Of a stretch of DNA of 64,000 nt, positions 37,923-50,861 are shown one piece after another. The notes under the pieces are model-generated. The model searched no databases. It was not told the DNA's origin and worked only from the letters and a program-made list of their open reading frames with translations. Every line of letters begins with the position of its first letter. Within the stretch, counting starts at the first letter, position 1. A program made the position numbers and the translations under genes. Origin of the DNA: Mobula hypostoma (Eukaryota); the NCBI RefSeq assembly GCF_963921235.1, contig NC_086108.1:98768001-98832000 (forward strand), written 5' to 3'.

Positions 37923-40900
37923 AAACATAGAAACATAGAAAACCTACAGCACAATACAGGCCCTTTGGCCCACAGAGTTGTGCCGAACATGGCCCTACCT
38001 CAGAAATTACCAGGCTTACCTGTAGCACTCTATTTTACTAAGCTCCATGTACCTATCCAAAAGTCTCTTAAAAGACCATATTGTATCCGCCTCCACCACC
38101 TTTGCCGGCAGCCCACTCCACGCACTCACCGCTCTCTGAGTGAAAAACTTACCCCTGACATCTCCACTGTACTTACTCCCCAGCACCTTTAACCTGTGTC
38201 CTTTTGTGGCAACCATTTCAGCCCTGGAAAAAGGCCTCTGACTATCCACATGATCTATGCCTCTCATTATCTTATACACCTCTATCGGGTCACCTCTCAT
38301 CTTCCGTTTCTCCAAGGAGAAAAGGCCAAGTTTACTGAAGCTATTCTCATAAGACATTCTCCACAATCCAGGTAATATCCTTGTAAATCTCCTCTGCACC
38401 CTTTCTATGGTTTCCACATCCTTCCTGTAGTGAGGCGACCAGAACTGAGCACAGTACTCCAAGTGGGGTTCAACCAGGGTCCTATATAGCTGCAACATTA
38501 CCTCTCGGCTCCTAAATTAAATTCCATGATTGATGAAGGCCAATCCACCGTATGCCTTCTTAACCACAGAGTCAACCTGCGCAGCTGCTTTGAGTGTCCT
38601 ATGGACTCAGACCCCAAGATTCCTCCGATCTTCCACACTGCCAAGAGTCTCACCATTAATACTATATTCTGCCATCATATTTGACCTACCAAAATGAACC
38701 AATTCACACTTATCTGGGTTGAACTCCATCTGCCACTTCTCAGCCCAGTTTTGTATCCTATCAATGTCTACAATCTCTGACAGCCCTCCACACTATCCAC
38801 AACAGCCCCAACCATTGTGTCATCAGCAAGCTTACTAACCCATCCCTCCACTTCCTCATCCAGGTCATTTATAAAAATCACGCAGAGTAAGGGTTCCAGA
38901 ACAGATCCCTGAGGCACACCACTGGTCACTGACCTCCATGCAGAATATGACCCGTCTATAACCACTCTTTGCCTTCTGTGGACAAGTCAGTTCCGGATCC
39001 ACAAAGCAATGTCCCCTCGGATCCCAAGCCTCCTTACTTTCTCAATAAACCTTGCATAGGGTACCTTATCAAATGCCTTGCTGAACTACATATACACTAC
39101 ATCTACCGCTCTTCCTTCATCAATGTGTTCAGTCACATCCTCAAAAATTTCAATCAGGCTCATAAGGCACGACCTGCCCTTGACAAAGCCGTACTGACTA
39201 TTCCTAATCATATTATACCTCTCCAAATGTTCATAAATACTGCCTCTCAGGATCTTCTCCATCAACTTACCAACCACTGAAGTAAGACTCACTGGTCTAT
39301 AATTTCCTGGGTTATCTCTACTCCCTTTCTTGAATAAGGGAACAACATCCGCAACCCACCAATCCTCTGGAAACTATCCTGTCCCCATCGATGATGCAAA
39401 GATCGCCAGAGGCTCAGCAATCTCCTCCCTCGCCTCCCACAGTAGCCTGGGGTACATCTCACCCGGTGACTTATCCAACTTGATGCTTTCCAAAAGCTCC
39501 AGCAAATCTTCCTCCTTAATATCTACATGCTCAAGCTTTTCAGTCCACTGCAAGTCATCACTACAATCACCAAGATCCTTTTCCATAGTGAATACTATAA
39601 TACTATAAAATGAATAAAGTATTTATTAAGTGCCTCTGCTATTTCCTCTGGTTTCATAGACACTTTCCCACTATCACACTTGATAGGTCCTATTCTTTCA
39701 CATCTTATCCTCTTGCTCTTCACATACTTGTAGAGTGCCTTGGGGTTTTCCTTAATCCTGCCCACCAAGGCCTTCTCATGGCCCCTTCTGGCTCTCTTAA
39801 TTTCCTTCTTAAGCTCCTTCCTGTTAGCCCTATAATCTTCTAGATCTCTAACATCACCTAGCTCTCTGAACCTTTTGTAAGCTTTTCTTTTCTTCCTGAC
39901 TAGATTTACTACAGCCTTTGTACACCACGGTTCCTGTACCCTACCATAACTTCCCTGTCTCATTGGAACATATCTATGAAGAACTCCACCCAAATATCCC
40001 CCGAACATTTGCCACATTTCTTCAGTACCTTTCCCTGAGAATATCTGTTCCCAATTTAAGCTTCCAAGTTCCTGCCTGATAGCCTCATAATTCCCCTTAC
40101 TCCAATTAACGCTTTTCTAACTTTTCTGTTTCTATCTCTCTCCAATACTATTGTAAAGGAGATAGAATAATGATCACTATCTCCAAAATGCTCTCCCACT
40201 GAGAGATCTGACACCTGACCAGGTTCATTTCCCAATACCAAATCAAATACAGTCTCTCCTCTTGTAGGCTTATTGTGTCAAGAAACTTTTCTGAACACAG
40301 CTAACAAACTCCACGCAATCTAAACCCCTCGCTCTAGGGAGATGCCAATCAATATTTGGGAAATAAATATCTCCCACCACGACAACTCTGTTATTATTAC
40401 ACCTTTCCAGGATCTGTTTCCCTATCTGCTCCTCGATATCCCTGTTACTATTGGGCGGCCTATACAAAACACCCAGTAGAGTTACTGACCTTTTCCTGTT
40501 CCTAACCTCCACCCACAAAGTCTCCATAGACAATCCCTCCATGATGTCCACCTTTTCTGCAGCCGTGACACTATCTCTGATCAACAGTGCCACGCCTCCA
40601 CTTCTCTTGCCTCCCTCCCTGTCCTTTCTGAAACATCTAAAACCCAGCACTTGAAGTAACCAATCCTGTCCCTGAACCATCCAAGCCTCTGTAATGGCCA
40701 CCACATCATAGCTCCGAGTACTGATCCACGCTCTAAACTCATCCGCTTTTTTCACAATACTCCTTGCGTTAAAATAGACAAATCCGAAACCGTTGGTCTG
40801 AGCGCATCCCTTCTCTATCACCTGCCTATCCTCCCTCACACACTGTCTCTAAGCTTTCTGTATTTCTGAGCCAACAGCCTCTTCCCTAGTCTCTTCAGTT

Positions 40901-41355
40901 CAGTTCCCACCCCCCCCCCAACAATTCAAGTTTAAACTCTCCGCAGTAGCCTTAGCAAACCTCCCCGCTAGGATATTGGTCCCCCTGGGATTCAAGTGCA
41001 ACCCGTCCTTTTTGTGCAGGTCACACCTGCCCCAAAAGAGGTCCCAATGATCCAGAAATCTGAATCCTTGCCTCCTGCTCCAATCCCTCAGCCACGCATT
41101 TACCCTCCACTTCATTTTATTCCTATACTCACTGTCACGTAGCACAGGCAATAATCCCGAGATGACTACCTCTGCGGTCCTGCTTCTCAACTTCCTTCCC
41201 AACTCCCTGTAGTCTTTTTTCCGGACCGCTTCCCTTTTCTTACCTACGTCAGTACCAATATGTACCACGACCTCTGGCTGTTCTTCCTCCCAGTGCGGAT
41301 ATCGTGGACGTGATCTGAAACATCCCGGACCCTGGGAGGCAAACTACCATCCGAG
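37923..41355 (-). mobile_element. Near-full-length decayed CR1: ORF1 SGNH esterase remnant, APE endonuclease, RT, tail
   Basis: 40900..41268 (VHIGT..DGLHLN), 40270..40839 (YFNARS..AITE..GGVAL..LYRPP), 39086..39292, 38768..38965 (LADDT), 38016..38498. Confidence 0.93.
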
Positions 41356-41549
41356 TTTCTTGAGTCCCTGTTGGCTACTGGCAACGTACGCTCTGTGTCG
41401 CGCAGTGAGTGGGGCTCGTACGGAACTGCTGATCCAGGGTTTCTGGTTTGGATTTTTGGGGGACAACATCCCTGATGCATTGAATGAGAGAGAGAGTTTA
41501 CCCTCGTTACTGATGATCAACCAGAGGCGGCCATTTTCAAATTCACTGA

Positions 41550-43370
41550 ACGTAGAACAGGAACAGGCCATTCAGCCCATAATGTTGTGTCAAGCCAGCT
41601 AGAAAGCCAATCAAAAACTCCCAGACACTAATCCCTCCAACCTACACCATATCCAGTGTCCTTACGTCTGTGTGCCTGTCCAAATGTCTCTTAAAAGCCT
41701 GTAATGTATTTGCCTCTACCACCATACCAGGAAGCTAATTTCAGCCATCCACAGCTTTGATTAAAAAAACTTACTCATCGTATCCCCCTTGAACCTGCCA
41801 CCTTCTCACCATCAATGCTTACCCTCTGGCATTAGAGTTCGGTGGGTAATACCGTTCCGCCTGACCGGAAGTGCACCGAGAGCAGTAAGCGGCGTGAAGG
41901 AGTGGGGTACTTATTGATCTGGCTAACAACGGATGGTGCAATCCGGGGTATATTACAACTGAGGAACGTGTTTGCAGACTGGATATTGAACTTTTTACTG
42001 TTGGACTTCAGCCACATTCCACCGTGATACAACACTTGGCGGCACGGGAGGTCATTCCTGCCTGTGGCCATCGAACGTGCAGCTCCTCCCGTGGAGGGTC
42101 AGACACCCTCAGCCTGGTCCTGGACTTATTTTCCATCTGGCATAGTTTTGCATTTTGTTGTTTGATTGTTGGGGTTTTTTGTATTGCTATATTTACGCTC
42201 TATTCTTGGTTGGTGCGGCTGTAACGAAACCAAATTTCCCTCGGGATTAATGAAGTGTATCTATCTATCTATCTATCTAGACATTTCATCCCTGGGAAAT
42301 GGATACTGTCTGTCTGCTCAGTCTATGCCTCTCATAATCTTATAAACCTCCATCAGATCTTCCCTCAGCCTACGCCACTTCAGAGAAAACGATCCAAATT
42401 CATCCAGCCTTTCATGATAGCATATGCCCTCCAATCCAGGCAGCATCCTAGTTAAACTGTTCTGCACCCTCTCCAAAGCCTCAACATCCTTCCTATAGTG
42501 GGGTGACTAGAACTGTATGCAATACTTCAGGGGGGCCTAACCAGACTTTTATAAAGTTGCAACATAACCTCTTGACTTTTGAACTCAATGCCTTGATTAA
42601 TAAAAGCAAGTATTCCTTAGCCTTATTAACTACTTTATTGACCTTTGTAGCTACTTTCAAGGAATGATGAACTTGGATCCCAAGATCTTCCTGCACTTTA
42701 GGATTTTTTCCTTAACCGTGTGCTATCTCCTTGCATTTTCCCTACCCAGGTGCAGCACCTCACATTTATCTGGGTTAAACTCCTGCTGTGTCTGCAACAG
42801 ATCTATATCGTGCTTTATTTTTTTTAAACCAGTCTTCTACACCATCCAAAACTCCACCAACCTTGGTATCATCCACAAATTTATTAACCTACCAATCTAC
42901 ATTTTCATCCGGGTCATTTATATACATCACAACAGCAAAGGTCCCAGCACAGATCCTTGCAAAGCTCCACAGGTTACAGACCTTTGGCTCAAGTAAGTCA
43001 CTTCAACCAATACCCTCCGTCTTCTGTGTTCAAACCATTCCTGAATCCAAACAGCCAATTTGCCACGGGCCCCATTGCATTTTAATCTGGATTAGCCTCC
43101 CATGAGGAAATTTGTCAAACATCTTTCTAAAATCCATGTAGACAACACCCTCATCAGTCTCTCTCATCACTTTGTCAAAAAGTTCATAAGGTATGACCTG
43201 TCATGCACAAAGCCATGCTGGCTCCCCCTAATTAGACCATTGCCTGCAAATGATCATGTATCCTATCCCTAAGAATTTTCTCCAGCAATTTCCCTACGAC
43301 TGACCTGAGACTCACCAGTCTATAGTTCCCAGGGTTTTCCATTGTTCTCTTCTTAAGTAGAGGAAATTCA
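41550..43370 (-). mobile_element. Old CR1 RT fragment and tail, interrupted at 41837-42277
   Basis: NPGNYRLVSL, EDLGIQVH..LKVATKV motifs. Confidence 0.8.
41837..42277 (+). mobile_element. Bipartite non-autonomous Rex1/Babar-derived element
   Basis: TSD TAGA (41833-41836, 42278-42281); CpG-rich head; 3' part shared with 1-216; (TATC)n tail. Confidence 0.7.
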
Positions 43371-43371
43371 A

Positions 43372-44405
43372 CAGTGACTAGTGGGGTACCGCAAGGCTCA
43401 GTGCTGGGACCCCAGTTGTTTACAATATATATTAATGACTTGGATGAGGGAATTAAATGCAGCATCTCCAAGTTTGCGGATGACACGAAGCTGGGTGGCA
43501 GTGTTAGCTGTGAGGAGGATGCTAAGAGGATGCAGAGTGACTTGGATAGGTTGGGTGAGTGGGCAAATTCATGGCAGATGCAATTTAATGTGGATAAATT
43601 TGAAGTTATCCACTTTGGTGGCAAAAATAGGAAAACAGATTATTATCTGAATGGTGGCCGATTAGGAAAAGGGGAGGTGCAACGAGACCTGGGTGTCATT
43701 ATACACCAGTCATTGAAAGTGGGCATGCAGGTACAGCAGGCGGTGAAAAAGGCGAATGGTATGCTGGCATTTATAGCGAGAGGATTCGAGTACAGGAGCA
43801 GGGAGGTACTACTGCAGTTGTACAAGGCCTTGGTGAGACCACACCTGGAGTATTGTGTGCAGTTTTGGTCCCCTAATCTGAGGAAAGACATCCTTGCCAT
43901 AGAGGGAGTACAAAGAAGGTTCACCAGATTGATTCCTGGGATGGCAGGACTTTCATATGAAGGAAGACTGGATGAACTGGGCTTGTACTCATTGGAATTT
44001 AGAAGATTGAGGGGGGATCTGATTGAAACATATAAAATCCTAAAGGGATTGGACAGGCTATATGCAGGAAGATTGTTCCCAATGTTGGGGAAGTCCAGAA
44101 CGAGGGGTCACAGTTTGAGGATAAAGGGGAAGCCTTTTAGGACCGAGATTAGGAAAAACTTCTTCACACAGAGAGTGGTGAATCTGTGGAATTCTCTGCC
44201 ACAGGAAACAGTTGAGGCCGGTTCATTGGCTATATTTAAGAGGGAGTTAGATATGGCCCTTGTGGCTACAGGGATCAGGGGGTATGGAGGGAAGGCTGGT
44301 GCAGGGTTCTGAGTTGGATGATCAGCCATGATCATAATAAATGGCAGTGCAGGCTCAAAGGGCCAAATGGCCTACTCCTGCACCTATTTTCTATGTTTCT
44401 ATGTA
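43372..44405 (+). mobile_element. Young 5'-truncated CR1 with uninterrupted ORF2 C-terminal half
   Basis: ORF 43374..44312 (312 aa: GVPQGSVLGP, FADDTK, LVRPHLEY) and CTATGTTTCTATGT tail. Confidence 0.95.
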
Positions 44406-45026
44406 ACTCTCAATCCCCACATAAGGCAATGCCCATTAAGGGCAAGTTCATCCTGCGCTGGTCAAAAAAAACCTGGAATTTCTGCTGCACATTCCAGCCA
44501 TTTTGTGTTGCCATGCAGACCTGAGACAGTGTGAGGTCTTTTCTCTCTGGATCATCTCTGCCGTAATAGGGAAACTTTTGATTTGCATTAGGGAGATTAC
44601 ACCAAGATGAGTGTCCATTTTGTCAATTTCAGGCACTTCATTTTCCAAAGGTAAATGGGACAATCTGTCATGATTTCCGTGATTATTCCACTTGAATATG
44701 ATTTTGTAATTGTGTCTTCCAAGAAACAGCCATCTCTGCATACCTCTGCTGTTAATGGAACACTCTTCTGTAGATTGAAAATGGACAGCGATGGTTGATG
44801 ATAAGTAATAGGCTGAACTCTCTCCCACACAACTACGGTTTGAAATGTTTTACAGCCCAAAACAGACTCAAGGACTCTGTCAATCTGTGCATATTTTTTC
44901 TCTGCAGTGGTAAGGGAGCATGATGCAAAGGCTGTGGAGTATTCACTTTCACCACTCTTATCAGGTGACATGACTGCAGCTCCACCATAAGGCGAGGCAT
45001 CATGGCAAGCCTCATTATTTCAGTGG

Positions 45027-45655
45027 TGTCACGAACCCCGTGACGGGTTGAAAAGGATACAAAAAATAATAGTCCAGGAGGTAGATATCAGTCTTACGGT
45101 GTCAGGTAAGTTTAAGCAGTTCAGTTCACTTTGTGTTGCGTCGAATTGATGGACAGAGAGAGAGAGTGTTTGAGTTGACGTTCAAGTTGGCAGCTTCAGT
45201 TGTTCTTGCTTCCGAAGTCTTCAGAGTCACTTCGTGTGACCCCCACACAGACAAAGATGGACAGAGCCCCTCCTAGGGAACAATCTACTAACCCACGGGT
45301 TCACCACCAGCAGACCCCATAGGCAAGCTCTTACCCGTACTGGTAATTACGGGTCGAAATTAATCGATCCGTCGCCTCCACCCTCGTGGTGGTCTTAAAC
45401 TCCACCAGTGGTTTCTCGGGTAGCTTCCCCAGTTCTCTCATGTAGTGTCTCCTCTGCCATTATCAGAGCGAAGGATCAACTTTTTATAATCCATCCAAAA
45501 TTCCAGCATCCGTTAGCTCAACTGCTCTGAGCTGTTACCATGGTGACTTCCCAGCTTGTGTCTCAGCTCACGCTGTATTTTCTCTCTCTCTTTTAATTGC
45601 CTCCTTGTTCATTAGACTGCTGAACTTTCTAGCAGTTTCTCACCTGCTCAACAGT
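45027..45655. mobile_element. Possible LTR fragment of a second retroelement inserted into Gypsy pol
   Basis: Begins TGTCACGAACCCCGTGAC; interrupts the RNase H region; far end not identified. Confidence 0.4.
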
Positions 45656-46430
45656 AGTTCCATTCAATATCAGAGAAATGCAAGCAATAGACACCCTGAA
45701 ATTTTTGTTTTTCACATAGACACAAAAACAGAAGAGTACCCCAAAGAATGAGTGACAGTAAAAACGTTAGAACCCCAAAGATGCCCACTCCCCTCTCCCC
45801 CACACAAGCAGCTGCAAAGCAACAAACCTCCCCCTTCGAATCTTACTTAAGCACAAAGAAAGCATCAACACCCTCCACCCACCAAGCAAGTAATAGCAAA
45901 GCCCCCAAGAAAGACCATGATCTGCAGTTCACCTGACAATTCAACATGCCACAGGCTCTCACTCCCTAATAAAAGGAAAAAGAGATGTCCCCCCCTTTCA
46001 CAGTGAGAGGGGAGACATAACTAAACAACTCACTGATTTGTGATGATAAATTCTGTTGTGTCGTCTCCCCCCCCACCGACTTCTCTGACTCGAGAATTGG
46101 CAACAACCTCCTCTCCCACCAATGAGACAGAGACTCGTGTTGGCATCACCGGTGGAGAGCCAGCTCATCCACACGGCCGTGATGCCTTGGAAGCCAAAAG
46201 ACAGCTCATCTTCTAGGCCGTGTCCTTGGGATTTCGATAAGTGGCTGCTCGTGAGCCCCCCGGAGTGGTTTGCACCACTGCAAGGTACTGAAGTCTGAGT
46301 GTAACTCCAGGTCAGAGTCTCCAACAGAGCCCTATCCACCCTGAAAAGGGAAACATCAAAGGAGACATTAAGCTGTGTCTGCAAATGAGCTTAAAGCAGT
46401 TGCTGTTAAGCTCCATCGTAGCTCCGCCTC
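45655..46430 (-). mobile_element. Probably full-length copy of the non-coding LINE-derived short element
   Basis: Head GAGGCGGAGCTACGATGG on minus; tail homologous to about 29330-29450. Confidence 0.65.
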
Positions 46431-47826
46431 TGACTGGATGATGTGGATCATCACGTGTGGGTACAGGGCCTGACACAATTTCCTTTGCCTTTTGGAAAGC
46501 CACCTTGCACTGCTTTGTCGATTGTTATTTCTTCTCTATCTGTAATGGGGTGGGGCACAATAGCCAGGTTAGGCAGGAACCTGTTACAGTAATTGATAAA
46601 TCCTAAAAAGGACGGCAACTGTGCAACCTTTGGCCTCGGGGCTTGTTGTATTTCACTGTTACGTATGTCATTGCCACAGGATTCACCTTTTCTCCAGTAC
46701 AGGTTCTAAGTTGGATATCTGCAGGCTTCAGTTCAGTCTCTTTGAAATACCATTGAAACTCATTTTGTGAAATGACTGAAACAGCCAAGCTAGTGTCCAA
46801 TTCCACATCAATTAAATTGTCATTTACTTCTGGTGTAAGCCACATTGCTTGTCTCTTGGTAGTTTTCATAATGCAAGTCTCAAGACTACACAATCCTGTG
46901 CTACTCCCACCATTATCAGATTTTTCATCAGCAGCATGAGGATTCACGCTCTTTTTGAAACTGCAACTTGACTTTTTATCTTCCCTGTACAGTCCATTTA
47001 TTTTTGTCTGCTCTTTGTATGCATCCTACTTTGTTGCATTTTCTGCAAGTTGTGCCTTTAAATCTGCATTGGCCAGATATTTGTGACCCCTGCCACAACA
47101 GTAACACAATTTGTTCAGCCAGGCCGGTTTCTGTTTAGATATTGCAATTTTGTTCATGGTCACTTTCATTCCTGACTGCAACGCAATTGTATTTTAGCTG
47201 CAGTTTCCATTGGTTCAGTGATTTCAACCGCTCTCTTAACTGTCAGTTGTGCTTCATTTTTGAATGCTTTCTTGTAAGTTCCACAAACTAAACAATCTCT
47301 CAGTTTATCATTAAGCCTGGTCCTGAAATGGCAATGCTCAATTTCTAAAATTCTGCAATGTAAGCTGAAATGGATTTCCCTGATTTTTGAGTCTGCTTAT
47401 GAAACCTAAAATCAACAATAGTTTTGCTTTTAAATATTTCTGCATTACTTTCACAATATCAGCAAAGCTGGAGCAGTCAAACTTCTAAGCAAACGGCTTT
47501 CCTACCTCTTGCACTCAGTAACATTGGCCACTTCATTTGCTTCAAAATACTGCTCAATTTGTTCAGTATACATTAGCCAGTTATCTGTTATGCAATCAAA
47601 TAGATCTCTTTCTGACATATCCAACTATTTCTCATTTATTTATTATCATACAGTACTCATTGTTTATGAACCCGTAAATTTTGTCTGTTTTCTGCCTTTT
47701 TTTAAACCTCTCTTTGCCCTTCAGAAGGGAAAAAACATACAGCGCTGTTTTTTAAAAAAACTCAAACATCTTGTTGTGCTTTATTAGATAGGTAGTCATC
47801 TCGGGTTCATTTTAAAACTTACTAGT

Positions 47827-48182
47827 TGTTTTGTATTGTAACTCCAGAAACTAATCAAAAGAAAAACACTGGAGTGCAAGGTGTGTGTCTATTTCGTTTT
47901 ACATTAGTGAGGCGTGCAGTTAAGACATGGTGGCGTAATGATGTATGACATTCATATATTATTTACATATAATTTGTAATGAATTATGTATGGCTTTGGG
48001 GTTCTAACATTTAACTGTCATTCATTCTTTGGGGCACTCCTCTGTTTTTGTGGATGTTTGTGAAGAAAAAGAATTTCAGGATGTATATGGTATACATTTC
48101 TCTGACATTAAATGTACCTATTGAAACAAAGAGTGCCTAATCAAACAATATATTTACAATATTTGAAATATTACACACTACA
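47827..48182 (-). repeat. Gypsy 5' LTR, containing an insertion at 47991-48123
   Basis: Direct repeat of 28709-29535; adjacent to the gag region. Confidence 0.75.
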
Positions 48183-48759
48183 TAACTGTCAACAATCTCC
48201 CACACTGTTCCAGTTGGGCCAGCTGGGTACATTGCTGCTTACAGCACTTGATATTGAAGTCAACAATTTCAGGTAATTTCTCTTTCTGTGTTTGCATCAG
48301 CACTGGCCTATTATTCATCTATACTACTATGGTCTCTCTGATCCACTCACTAGCTGTTTCCTACAGCTGTGAACTGCAGTTCACATATTATACATGTTCT
48401 TTTGGGTGTATTTTCTCTCCACCTCCACCCAGCTACTAGATTAACAATGACCTCACCCTATCAGATGTGTATTTGTCCCATACTCGCCTCTCCCATCCTC
48501 TCTGCAATTTAAGAACAAAATCTTTTCTAACATTAATCATTTCTCTTTCCACATTTTCCACTTTTATTTCAGGTTTCCAGCATCTACATTTTTAAGGTTT
48601 TAAAATATCTTTCCCCAGTTATACACCATCAGATACCGAATTAGTGGCAATTTAGTTGTACAGCAGTTGATCTCAAGCCTGTGAATGAAGCTCTTCCGAC
48701 TTTCTCCAGTTCTAACCTAAGCAATGAAGGGAAGATCTTTATCACAGAACATCAAACAG

Positions 48760-49040
48760 CTGCTGAAAGAAAGACAGCAAATACTGGAAATACTGATCTG
48801 CTTAGCATTTTTTTTTGGGAATGAGACGGTTAACCTTCCAAAGCCTAGACCCTCCATTAGAACTAATGAGATTCTTGTCTCACTGGAGAGACTCGAGCTG
48901 CAGATAGAGCAAAAGTACAAACTTTTGAAGAGGAACTCTGACAGTAGGTTGAAATGAATGTCAGTGAAAGGTCTCAGCCCAAAATATCGGCTCACAATTT
49001 CACTCCTGGCCCACTAAGTTCCTCCTGCAGTTTGTTTTTC
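48760..49040. mobile_element. Very old fold-back Penelope remnant
   Basis: Degenerate inverted termini and a gtgaaaggtctcagcccaaaa hammerhead relic. Confidence 0.45.
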
Positions 49041-49627
49041 CGTTTGTCACAGTGACTGACTAAACCGAGATCTACCTGCAGATGGGGCTGTTGAACTCTC
49101 CCATCTCCACAGTTTCCAGAGAATTAAATGTTTTTGAAAAATGTTTTGTTGCTCTCTAATTTTTCTTCACCTCCTCAGCTGATTTGCTTGTTTGTTTTGC
49201 ATTGCAAGATGCTTTCCCCTTCACTGACATCTCCATGCACTCTCTGAACCCGTTGTTATTCAGATCTACCCAACAAACTGCTCGGTGAATGTTCCCTTTG
49301 CTTGTTTCCCAGAACTACTTCCCACCTATATCTCAGCCACAACTGATGCCTGTCATGCACTGCATTCCAGTTCTGCAGGCTGAATTCGCACAGGGTATTT
49401 ACTTGATCAGGCCTCAGTTCTAATCAGCAACAGTCCTCACATTCATTACACTTCACACAGAGCCATCACCTCCTCCACACCCTGAACATACCATATTTAG
49501 TTTTTCAACAAAAACTAGAGATACAAAATTACTCAAAACTTGCGTTTTGTGTTATAATCCATTTTCTTAAACTTGGTTTTGAATTTATCACATTTAATGG
49601 CCGAAAAGTAATTAACTCTAACCCTTA

Positions 49628-49823
49628 AACACAAGATTCTGGAGACACTGGAAATCCAGAGCAACGGGCAAAGTGCTGGAGGAACTTACTCAGGTAGCAT
49701 CCATGGAAAGGACTAAACAGCCTATGCTTTGGGCTCTGATGAAGGGGCTCGGGATGAAACATCGACTCTATTCTTTTCTATAGTTACTGCCTGACCTGCT
49801 AAGTTCCCCACCATTTTGTGTGC
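49628..49823. mobile_element. Old fold-back Penelope mini-element
   Basis: gtgctggaggaactta..caggtagcatc / ctgcctgacctgctaagttcc; central CTGATGA..GAAACATC. Confidence 0.7.
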
Positions 49824-49889
49824 AACACTAACCTTATTCTTTAAATTGCAATTATTTGATGCATGTTTTTATTCCATGCAATAACATAT

Positions 49890-50290
49890 GGATCCAATAT
49901 TTGCTGTCGCACTGTTTCAACGTGCAGCATTGAAAGAAGCCGCAGAGGGTTGCAGACTCAAGACTATTTCATCACAGGCACAACCCTTCCCACCATCGAG
50001 GCCATCTTCAAGAGTTAATGCTTCGAGAGGATGGTGTCCTTCATTAAGGACCCTCACAATCCAGGCAAGACATCTTTTCATTACTGCCATTGGGGAGGAG
50101 GTACAGGAGCCTGAAGATCCACGCTCAACATTTTAAGAACAGTTTCTTCCCTTCTGCCACTGGATTTCTGAATGGTCCATGAACACTATCTCACTTTTCC
50201 CCTTTTGCACTATTTATGGTAACTTACAGTAATTTATGTCTTGCATTGTACTGCTGCCACGATACAAATTTCACAAACCTGGTTCTTATC
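49890..50290 (+). mobile_element. Rex1/Babar LINE 3' fragment
   Basis: IKDPHNPG.HLF..LPLGRRYRSLK motif; related to 62200-62505. Confidence 0.65.
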
Positions 50291-50502
50291 ACAGGAAACT
50301 GAATATACAAAAATATGGCTTACCACTACACATAACAGGGTGTAAACTGGTAAATTTAACTCTTTCCTTAGACACAAGAGAGCTGCTGCTGCTAACAGAT
50401 GCTTTCCAAATGCTCCCTCCCCCCCCCCAATTATTGAACTATTTTCTCTTCAGTCTTGTTTAACAGGGTTTTCTTAATATTTATTGAATATTAGACTAGC
50501 TC

Positions 50503-50735
50503 ATAGAAAGATAGAAAACCTACGGCACAATACAGGCCCTTCAGCCCACAAAGCTGTGCTGAACACGTCCTTACCTTAGAACGACCTAGGCTTACCCATA
50601 GCCCTATATTTTTCAAAGCTTATGTATTCATCCAATCTCTTAAAAAACGCTATCGTTTCTGCCTCCGGCAGCCCATTCCACGCACTCACCACTCTCTGCA
50701 TAAAAAACTTGCCGACATCTCCTCTGTACCTATTG
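50503..50735 (-). mobile_element. CR1 3' tail
   Basis: Same subfamily as the tail at 37923-38200. Confidence 0.85.
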
Positions 50736-50861
50736 AATACCTGGCTCGTTGTTGTTACTCTCTTCATTGCTAAATTGTAGTTGGTATTGCAGCAATAGTT
50801 ATGAAAGTATAATACTATCATAAAATAAGAAATACTAACAGAAGAGTGGGTCCAATATTTA

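Larger units (their letters stand above)
28709..48182 (-). mobile_element. Decayed Gypsy/Ty3 LTR retrotransposon with many nested insertions
   Basis: LTRs 28709-29535 and 47827-48182; TSD TATCT/TAACT; minus-strand gag (about 47000-47650, zinc-knuckle remnant), protease VELDTSLAVSVIS (46603..46947), RNase H AFASCSLTTAEKKYAQID (44597..44971), integrase zinc finger LHAGHPGMIK..PLHPWE (34840-35035), integrase C-terminus (about 30550-31010). Confidence 0.85.

Noticed and set aside
40900..41268. Host or horizontally acquired SGNH/GDSL esterase gene
   Set aside because: Known ORF1 esterase domain of CR1 elements, directly upstream of the ORF2 endonuclease
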